From: Raillietiella orientalis
Lineage: Eukaryota
Length of the DNA stretch: 64,000 nt
NCBI GenBank assembly: GCA_036172245.1
Contig: JAYWIR010000004.1
Location: 3,534,001-3,598,000 of the forward strand
Direction: 5' to 3'
Position 1 is the first letter of the stretch, and every line of letters begins with the position of its first letter. This document shows positions 51,000 through 61,212 of this stretch, one piece after another. The notes beneath the pieces were generated by a model. That model made no database searches. It was not told where the DNA came from and saw only the letters and a list, made by a program, of their open reading frames with translations. A program made the position numbers and the translations under genes.

Positions 51000-53900
51000 T
51001 CCTTGTAACTCCACAGGTGTGGCTATCTTGTCGTGATCGTGATGCAAGAAGACACAATGGAAATGGAATCCCTGTTGGTCAAGTTGAACCCTTTTCTGCA
51101 ACTTTTGAAGTCATGCACAACTCCTATCGCGAGATCCTCCAGATTTCCTGCACGTTGCTGCATTTAAGTGTATCACTTGCTCTTAATATTTACGAATGTA
51201 GATGCTCCCTTGATATGTAATTGTTTTCCAATTTCACAGATATGTGGTTCATGAAATCGATTTCTGACACAAGGAAAACGAGGAAAAGTCATCCTGTAGC
51301 TGTGAACTTACGAAGAAATGTAGTGAATTTCCGATCCATGGACTGGATGAAAACAAAAGTAACTTGCAGTTATAAACTGACTTATCGAAATTTTAGAGTA
51401 ACCATCAAAGTGTTCAATTTGTGACTAGAAAGATTGTTTAGAAGCACTAGATTTTTTAAACTGATGTTTAAATCATGGAATCATCATTCTTTTGTTGTGA
51501 GAAGTTTGTGAATCATTCTTCAAAATATTGTCATGAATTCATCTTCTAAAAAGCAAAGATAGGTGCACTATTGCTAGATGATCATGGTCAAGTTTTTATT
51601 ATCATCTCAAGGATGATGCATCAAGGTTGCTTGTTCGAAGCTTTTGTAATCCGAAGCCTTAAAGCCCCTTCTCAGACTGGTTCAGATAAAGTTGTTGCTT
51701 GGATCGATGTTAGAGCCTTGAAGTGTGCTTCTAGCTTGTTCCGTGTAGTTTGACAACAAGATTGATTTCAGCTGAAACTTTGTGAACCAGTTTCATTCTC
51801 GAAAAGAGAAATCTCGTAGGGCTGTTATTTCAAATCGGTAATTCGGAACACATAGGATGAATAGACAGACGATGGACGGTGAGTGTCATTACGAGCAACT
51901 TTGAATCTGGCTGCGATGTCGCCATTTCGAAGGTTGAGGAGCACCTCCAAGAAATCCTGGAATCTATGGTTAAGGTCGAAGAAGCACTTGTTGAATCTGT
52001 TCTGCTAAGGAATTTTCTATACACCTCCCTTGCCGATCTCACACCATTCAAAGATGAATTGAAGACAATATAATGCTAGAATTTTCTTTCTTTGACAAGA
52101 TTCGATTTCCTAGATGGGATGGAGGAGTGCCGGTCGGGACCGGAAGCCTTCCTATTTACTGGGATCTTCAATATTTGTATGAGAGAAAAAATCGTTGCGT
52201 GGTTGTGTAAACACGCTAGAACGATCATTCTTCCAAAGACATTGTAGGACTCTGAAAATCTTCAGAGCTGACTCCCAACATCCGCTAGAGAAGCTTCCCA
52301 CAGGCTGTACAAAAAATGCTTCGTTCGGAAGTCAAGGAAATGGATTCTAGACAATAAGATTGTGTGCTCTGGATAGAATGGCTTTTTCCCCTTCGAAAAT
52401 GTTCTGGAAGAGAATTTTGTCCTTCAGAAAAGAATAGATGACACTAGAAGACTCGAGAGAGTCATGCTTGGCGTTCAGGGGAACCAATATAAGGGAAGAG
52501 TTTCGGCAAACGATTCTGTACCTCAGCACGGATTCTTTGATGTCAGTACAGTCCGGGTTACACTCAACTAAGAAGATGAATGTCTAGAGGATGAAACAAA
52601 GATGTCTTCTGAGTACCTTGCAAAAAATCACATGAATTCCAGGAAACAAACAGCACGCAATTCTGTGCGAGCCATCTAGCGGAATTTACCACAGACACAG
52701 TTGTCTGTTATCGGCGAAGTCATGCCGGTTTTGGAGTTCATTAAAGCTTACACATACTAAGGGAAGCCCTTTGGTCTCGATTTGCTCCAACCATTCCCGA
52801 GAAAATGGATCATTCTTCCTAAGGCCTCCTGATGGATTATGGACTTTCAGAATGGAAAAAGTGGAATACACTGAGAACCTCCTTTTTTCCTGGCCGTGTT
52901 CATGTCCAAAGACTGAGCACTTTACCCAAACAAGATTGGGATCACATCAATAGAGGAATACATGGTCCAGCGCGGAATCCCTCCAGCTACCTCCTAGAGA
53001 GAGTGAGTACGTTTCTGGTGAGCGAACGAAAGGCTGCCCAGCATTGATGAACTTGGGGAAAGAGGTGGATACCTTCGTGACTGACATCTGCCTGAAGTTA
53101 CTCATCCCCATTGATTCCACTGTCATGGAGTCTGCTCAGGAAAATCTGTTTGATGACTATGGCAAGGATCCTTACTCCATCCACGGATGAGGATCTCAGG
53201 AGTTTCATGTCGGCTGACATGCACGGGAATTCGTCCAGGCATTCAGGCGACGTCAAGAGAATCCGGGAAACAGGAAGCGAGGCCTCCAGTCGTATGGAGC
53301 ACAGTGGACGTTTGAGCATCGTCATCCAAGTCTTGCCATGGATCTGTCTTTCGACCAGTCGTCAAGAAGAAAGTTTGCAGCCGGGGGTCGTTCTATGCAG
53401 CATGCAGCCTCATGGATCTCCCTAGCTGAAAATCATCTGGGTCATGTCGTGCGTTGTAATGCAGAGAGCTTCGACCCATTTTTTGCTCAGTGCTTGGAGC
53501 CGATATGGGCTCCAGCTCGGTGGAATAACAACCAACACTGATGCGGGTCAGAAATGGGGATGAAACCCTTCCCTGCATTGGAGACCACTGTATCCACCAT
53601 TCCAGACTATGTGAAGCTCCACGGCGCTCTGATGCATCAAATCAAAAAGAAGGCCTCTTAAATCTGGAAAATAGTTTCAGAAAACGTAAGCATTCCGGGT
53701 TCCAGCACCATGCTAAGGCCGGACTCAGCTTTACGAAGAGGCAGTCGACTGATAACCCTGGGCGTCTGCCGCTCCTTTGTTAATACCCACGCAACGTTGG
53801 GAAGAGTTCGTGAGTAGGAAGGAAGAATATAGACTGCGCTGTCCAGCTATCTCCTCTAGAGAAGTCCAAGCCTACATACGTACCATGTCCCTTGGCTGCT

Positions 53901-55300
53901 GGTACCGAAGCACGATGAGATCTGAATATTGGGCGTCCTTCGGGTATATGCCGACACCATGAAGTTCGTGGTTTCCTCGATGATACAGTCCAGGAGGGAC
54001 GCTTACACTGGACCGACTCGGTCCTGGGAGCCAGCCATGCAGATCGGTACCGTTTATCCAAGGATACAGATCTTTCTAACCACAGACAGTGATGAATAAT
54101 CGATGTTGATGAATATTACTGCGGAATGAGAAGATTGTTAAAATTGTAAAGAGGGTCCCACTGATCTTGCAACTTCCCCCCTTCTTCTTCAGCACCTCCT
54201 CGAAGTGAATTCAGAAATCGTTTGGATGGAATATGTGAGTTTCAAATGTTTCCATGTAGCTGAGTTAATTCTTGATGCATGGTTCCATCTATAGAATGAG
54301 CAGCAGTGGATGCATTTGATTCAAAGTGATTTGGAGTCAAAACTTGCCGCTTTTTGTTTTTGTTTCTTAGTCCCCTTTTCTAATTGTCGCAAATGACTTT
54401 GAATTTTGCACCTATCAATCTTCTTTGCATCTGAAAAGCTTGTTTCTTGCAAGTGGATGTAAGTGCTCAAGTTTGTGTATAAGAGTTTTCCTATGCTACC
54501 ATGTGCAGTACTCCAAAAGATATCTTCTGAGAACACCTTATTCTCAGTTGTCTTGAAAGACAGAATCTGTGCTTTTGTGACACCTGTTTCGTCGTACTTG
54601 CTGATCATTCACTCCCGTAGGAAAAACGATGATTTCCCCTGCTTCCAGTAGTGTTTGTTTATTTGTTTCTGTCAGCTTTTTTCCAAATATCTTAAGAATG
54701 GAACTTTCTTGGAGTTTGCTGAGGTAAATAATTCTTTTGTTCTTGTCAACGATTGCTGTTTCGTTAGCCTATATATGTAAGTGGTTGTAAATCATGTTTG
54801 CAGTGAAAATTCGTAGGTATGAAGGTACAGCTGTTTAGCTTCATCCCAGAAGTAGGAGAGAATGCGAAATGAATCCAAATCTCTGTCTGACAGACCTCAC
54901 TGTTTCTTTCTTAGAGGTAAAATAAAACTGTTGCAAAAGAGAGATCGTTTCCAGATGTCATGAAAATGCTCCGAATTAAAAAAAACAATACTGGGAAGCA
55001 GATTGTCTATTTATCTGATCGCGTGAACCCATCGGATGTTAAACTCGGGCATTAGATATTCAAAGTTCTTCAAGAATAAAGCGTTGCGAACTCGCTTGAT
55101 TCTGGTAATGGCAAGTGAGAAAGTGGAAATTTCGAAAGATTAAATGTTTTTTCTGGTAATAATTCAAAGGAAGACAGTATCAGCAACTTGATCTAAAGAG
55201 TCAGCTATCAAAACTAAGTGGGGTTGAGGTTATTGCCACTCACAGAACAAATTACTTACCACGGCATGAATATAGTGTGAGAGAAAAGATTTGTTGCCCT
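51000..55300 (-). pseudogene. Endogenous viral element 2: long decayed Mononegavirales-like L gene (RdRp + capping domain, possibly methyltransferase)
   Basis: In canonical order on the minus strand: LSFKTTENKVF/RRY (54563-54520, premotif A); FYRWNHASR (54296-54270, motif A); RGGAEEEGGKLQDQW/TLFT (54203-54145, motif B); NGGYSGL..SDP (53601-53545); GDP*GC (~53420); LRSSSVDGV (~53200); GPCIPLLM*SQS (52968-52933, GPxxxYxGSxT of the PRNTase domain); RHDFADNR (52727-52704, HRF motif); weak EIGKGG (~52035). Motif C is not clearly preserved. Ends approximate. Confidence 0.75.
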
Positions 55301-56799
55301 GTTTGCGGAAAGAGAGTGATGTATCGCAGTTTCTAGGCAATGTTGTCATATGCGGAAACAAATAAATTTCCCAATAAATGTACTTTACCTAGACTCTAGA
55401 AAGGTGAAGTATCTGTTCATGAAAGCGTTTCTTCTCTTTTCTTTTTTTTCATTTTCCATTTCCACAGCAGTCCACGAAAAATTTCAAATAAAACCAAGAT
55501 GTTCACCGAGTTATCACTCATGATAACTTTGTGCATCGCAAGACCTTGAATCGTTGTACGTTTTTAGGGAAAAAAAATCATCCCGTGTAAGGAAAACCAT
55601 CTATATGGATCTGTAAGCATCTACACGTTACCAAAAACGTGTATATATACACACATGCACTATTCTAAATTAATGCATACACCTGCATAATTGATGGTCT
55701 AAAACCAGAAAAGCTTCCAAAAGTGTTCCATAATCAAATCGTTAGCTTTATCTCCACTAAGTTTGCGGATCTTTGCGCAAAAGCTTTTCTGATTACTAAA
55801 AACTATAGTGGCCTCATTCTCTTTCAATCGATTGTGAATCAGTCTTCTGTTTTAATATGGCTAGAGTTCTATCTATTAAAGAATGGTTGCCGTTTTTTCC
55901 ATTTTGAGGAATTATGAATACTTCCAATTTGAATTCTTGTTATGATCGAGCATTTTTCCAATATTTGCAATATCTCATAGATTCCTCAAGAAGTTTGTGA
56001 AAGGATGTTGTCAATATCCTAATAGCATCTTCCGCTCAACTGCAGGAGAATTCCTCCTCTCGTCCCTGCTCGTTCTCCCCGATGATGAGGATTCAAAGTG
56101 CTCACTCACTTGTCCTATACAAACTTGCTAGACGACACGACCCAGAGGGAAGTTTCCGCAAAGGAAGAGCTCGCCCTGTCCACTAGCCAGCGTACGGGAT
56201 GGCTCCAAACGATTTGGAGACCGGTGTTCAGCACACACAGAAATGGTTTGCCAAAGTCTGTGCTGATCACACCACATCTGTTCTTGTGAGAGGAGCTTGG
56301 GATGGTTGCTTCGTGTCCACTGAGCAGACTATCAGGGAGCGTTCGCATACGGCAATGTGCTGCCAGTCTCGCGATCCACTCGTTCCAACCACAGACATTA
56401 GTCATCTTTCATCCTTTTGATCACTGCTATTCCATCTACGAGGGAATCACAGTTTTTCACAGCGGTTGCTTCGACTGTTTCTGCCTCCTTCATCCTCCGC
56501 TGCACGTGAAAAGTTCGAAGCTGTGCTCTTAGTCAGCATTCCACATGGTGGTTCCACGTCCGAATGGAGGCAATCTTGTGAAATCTCGAATTGGAGAAAA
56601 TCTGTAAAATAAAGTTGGGTATTTGAATTCCTTTGTGTGCATAGCAAATCGACTGATCTATGAATGCGCACTAAAAATGTATGGAGATACTGAAGAGGGC
56701 TATGCAGATAGGAAAAATGGAGCAGAAAGAGAAGAACCAGCCAAGTTAGAGGATGGACATGAAGCCGTTTCATAGAAGTGTGGCGAGGTGATGCTCAAT

Positions 56800-59450
56800 A
56801 GTGAGCACTGCAGATAATAAGTAAGTGACAATGTATACCGCTCAGAAAGATGTATGTTCTCGAGGGGGCTATTGTCAGGAGTAGGGAAATCGAGTTTCTG
56901 AGAGGATGAGTGTTCACAAGATACAAAGCTAGAATGAAGAGGAAACGTTGCTAGTGTGGATTTCGCAGAGCTTATGCATTATTAATACTGTCTATCATCT
57001 TAATGACTCATAAAAAAGTTTTATTTTAGGAGGGAATGGAATATAAAACTGACAATTCCTCTAATTACTTGGATAATCAGGAATATTTCCACTGAAGATT
57101 CCACATTTCAGGATAGTGCAGAATAGCTATGGGCAGACCGGCAGTGTTAGAGAGTTTCTCATTTTAAAATGTCGTTTATGATAATTAGAAGAATCGACGT
57201 ATGATTACATCTATCAGTTACATGTGCATTAATCAGAACGATTGTTGGATTAGACAGAAGCAGTGAAGAAATGTGGATATTTGAGGAAAAGATGATTTCG
57301 ATGGTGCCATAGGATGAAAAGTGGAATGAGAGAATATGGAAGGATAACAAAAAAGATGTTTGCGGCATGAGATTTCAGATTAAAGGAAGGTGCCCCCATG
57401 AGAGATCCTACGCATGTTCAATGGAAAGGTATGAGAAGGTAACAATCTCCTAGAAAGAAGACAATGTAATCTAAGGAAAGTCGAAGCAAAGAGCAGAATT
57501 ATCATTATAGATTTTCAAGGATCAAAATAGTATACACATAGCAATCATCTCAGCTGTAGAATACTACACCCACAAAACTCTCTCTCTCCTGATTTTCATT
57601 TACTCTCTGCATAACTCCCATCAAATAATATAAGCCACTCACATTCCTACTACTACTCTAAACACGACTGCAGAACAGGGGGTATCGATGTAATGGTAAC
57701 AGGTATACATTGTCAACTCACCATACACCTTCCTAAACAACTTTAACAATCACTTATGGACAACATCTCCATGTGTTGTGTACGTCTACACCACAAATTC
57801 CTAGTTTACCAACGCCGAATGAAACACCCTCAACATTACCAGCAAAGCTCCAAACACCCTTGTATCATGAAAACACTTTAGCAACTCTCCAATCGAATAT
57901 TCTACCTCAACGCCTTGGCCCTTCCGCACTAAACCTTTAATTTCAAGAATTATTTCATTTCAAGAAATTACATGAATACGAATATGGTGCCAATGGAGAT
58001 TTACTGCAATGTCTAGTTTTGGTCACATGGGTCACGTTTTCTGTCGGTAATAATTTTGAAATCATTGTGATTGATGTATTATATCATTCGTGTTTAATAA
58101 ATTGGCTAATTTTATTAATCGTTGTATGAGTCAGTAGATATAACGATCGTAACTCCTGTTTTGATCATCTTCCTCGCATTTTCAGAGCACAATTAATATT
58201 CACTCAAACTCTAAACAAACAATACAGAACCAGTTTTTAATTCGGTAATCAGAGCTTTCCCTATCCATATTTGTTAAAAAAACACTTCTCAATTATTAAT
58301 ATTCCTAATGCCCAATTCATTTAATCCAAATGACTTAGTTTCAAGATAAAAACATCAATGCAGTCGCCCATCATTTATGTCTCTCTAATATACAGCAATG
58401 TATTTTACCATAATGAGCCTTTCGGAAAAGTTTTTTCGTATGAACGACGGGTTTTGCTTATCTCTTTGAATGCGTCCATCCATTCATCCTTTCGAACCTC
58501 CAATCATTTATTTTGAAGCTCCTGTTTCTACATGCAATGAATCTCAGGTCCTTATTTCCTCAGATAGTAGATCGGTAATCCACTTAAGAATATCAATCAA
58601 TTTGCTCTCACTATTCGCAACTAATTCTCTTTTCTCCAACCATTCACTAACATTTCACAATAAAATCCTTGCAGAGAGAAAGGACAGCATCGAATCTATC
58701 AGTTTTCGTTTTCATCTTCCTATACTCCCACAGAATTTTACCACTCTCTGGAAACTTAATCAAAACTCGAAAAAAGACTATCATCCTCCACTGCCCAATA
58801 TTGACAACCACCAACAGCAATTAATTCTACTCTGTATCGTATCTTCTTTCCTTTAGTCGTCATTGTTTCTCTGTATTGCTAAGTACCATATTTTTCTCCT
58901 CTCTCCTCACTATAATCATAACCCACCCACCCATTTCAATGTTCCACCTGGAAAGAAGTCTATCAAACAAAGATAGATTGCTTGTTTTTCATTAAATATT
59001 CAAGAAAATCAATAACATCCATATTCTGCATGTACAGATAAACATTACCTCCCTGTCTCTCTTTCTCCTTCATAACACCCATTGCATCATCATCCTTCTC
59101 AGAAAATCAAACTTCCGAGAACTCCTCCCATCACCTGATTTTTACCCAATAACTCTGATCTACTTGAATAGCAGATCTATATCTCTGATAGCAGTCACAA
59201 CCCTTTGAAGTTCACCTCCCACTGATCTGAACAATCTTTGCTCTTTTCGTACTCATCCCTCAGCGTACACACCACCATTCCTGTTGCTCCAATCCTCAGT
59301 TCCATTTTCCTGCATCGTCAATAGCGAGGTTTTGAATGTACTATACGGAAATGGAGACTTTTTAACGGTAATGGCCAAAAAAAAATTGAGGTCTTCTATC
59401 CTCCCCGATCTGTCTTTCATTAAAGAGTGCCACAATACGCTTATGGATGG
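56800..59450 (-). pseudogene. Endogenous viral element 3: decayed negative-strand RNA virus L fragment (57545-59450 minus; 56800-57545 possibly an inverted continuation on plus)
   Basis: One minus-strand frame carries ALKMRGR* (58188-58165, ELK..GRxF), SITMIS, SCNFLK*NNS (57975-57946, motif A DFxKWNN with GAT>AAT and TGG>TGA) and AGNVEGV (57843-57823, motif B). After frameshifts come RRW and THGDVV (57776-57759, motif C position). Purine-rich coding-like strand bias extends to ~59450. Confidence 0.65.
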
Positions 59451-60271
59451 TCACATGGACCATCACAAGGGTACCGAAAGGAAATCTAGGGGGAGAAATT
59501 TAGGCATACTGAAATTTGAGAGCAGCGCTTACATTTACTGCATAAAAAATGAAGTACAAAACGATCAAGCACAAAGACAGGAATTTTATATTAATAAATT
59601 TTCTCACTTTGCAATGGGTTTACGCTGTCGGTTTCGATTTCTGCTTGAATTTCGATTTCTTTTGACTTATTTGAACAGGCACCTTGCAATAGAAGAACGA
59701 TGAATTTTAATATTTTGCAGCAGGAATTGAGGATATTACTAAGAATGCATTTTAAAGCCACTTTTAAATTATAAGAAAGAAACATAAATTTTCCCCAAAA
59801 GATATTTTAAGTTCTGATTTTTAAGTTATAAGTAATTCGATGAAAACAGAAATTCAGCAAGAGTTAAGCATGCTCACGCCAAAAATTTCCTTTTTATACA
59901 AAATTTTGAATGGTCTTTGGGTTTTTGTTTGATAGAAAATGCATTTCTTGAATGAGTGAATGAAGTGTTGTAAATGTGCAAGGAGATGAGGGACGATCAA
60001 TGCTGAAAACCGCAAACTTCTGCCATGAAGTGATTTGCTGTAATAAGTGTGAACTTAGTGCAATTGATTGATATATATTTTACCCAAATAGGAATTGCAT
60101 ATTTCCAAAGGTATTTCGAGTTGCGAAATACCTAATGTGATATTATATCAAAGAAATAACTATTGATATAAATGTGGTGGCACTAAAAATTAGGAGTGCA
60201 AAGTTTTATAGGTAGCGAGAGCTCTTACACGAAATGGGTTTGCATCACGTTCTAGGGTATATGTGAGGACC

Positions 60272-61212
60272 ATGATTTATCTGAAAGAGTTATTACTTTT
60301 GCTATTTATTTGTTCGGGACAAGTATGTTGAATTCATGTTTTGCCCGTTAACAATTATTTAATCACGTTGCAATGAATTGAATGCTGTTTTTAGAATGAA
60401 GAAATTCTTGATAGCCCAACCAATGTGATCCTTGAACATTCCTTTGATGGAAAACTATATAACCCACGAGGCTGGATTCGAATTAATAGTTTCAAATCTG
60501 GCAGTCTTCTGTATCATCAAAATGGTCCTTTAAATGCATCTGAAAAAGAGGCCTTTAAGGTGAAAGTGACCCACAATGCTTTGTTTTGATGTATATTCAA
60601 AAGTAGAGGGCAGTCGAACAAAACGGATTTTATTATCTTCAAATCCATTTCGCAAATGATCACTCTCCTTATATGTCAACATTTATGAAAGTGGTAAGAA
60701 TATAGTTTTAGTGATGGAAGCATTGAGACTAACAAAAGTTTTTATCAGTGTGCTCTGAGTGAATCAGGGCTGTCAGAAATTATCAATATTGTGATAGATC
60801 CGGCTGATGGTGGTCACATATTGGGAATGAGTGCATTTCCTTTAGACAGCTATTGCACACACAAACTTCTAGATTGGGAGAATTTGAATTATTTCAACAC
60901 CACTGTTGAAGCACAATTTTTGCAGAGTGCACCTGTGTAAGATTATTATCAAAGTCCTTTAAATGCTGAGAACTATGTTTAGCCCTGACACAGCAACTTA
61001 CATACAGAAATTGGAACAAGAAAAAAAGGCTAAGGAAAGGGGAGAAGCAAAAGACAATCGTTCATTTTTTGCTAAATATGTTAGTAGTTTCATTGTTTGA
61101 AATTTTTGTCAATTATTGTTGAAACCTTTTATTTTAGTGGATGTATATAATACCAGTTGTTATATTTTTGATGCTGTCTAACTCTGCTGCTTCTGAAGCA
61201 AGTGGACAGTAA
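60272..61212 (+). CDS. EMC10: ER membrane protein complex subunit 10 (6 exons)
   Basis: Exons 60272-60322, 60395-60559, 60607-60693, 60749-~60936, 60983-61079, 61138-61212, GT-AG. Signal peptide MIYLKELLLLLFICSGQ, ILEHSFDG..PRG, PDTATYIQKLEQEK..DNRSFFAKY|WMYIIPVVIFLML, which are EMC10 family hallmarks. Confidence 0.9.

Noticed and set aside
55405..55420. agtatctgttc resembling the U2 snRNA Utopia target
   Set aside because: Only 11 nt, far from the retrotransposon ends, and no remaining U2 sequence.
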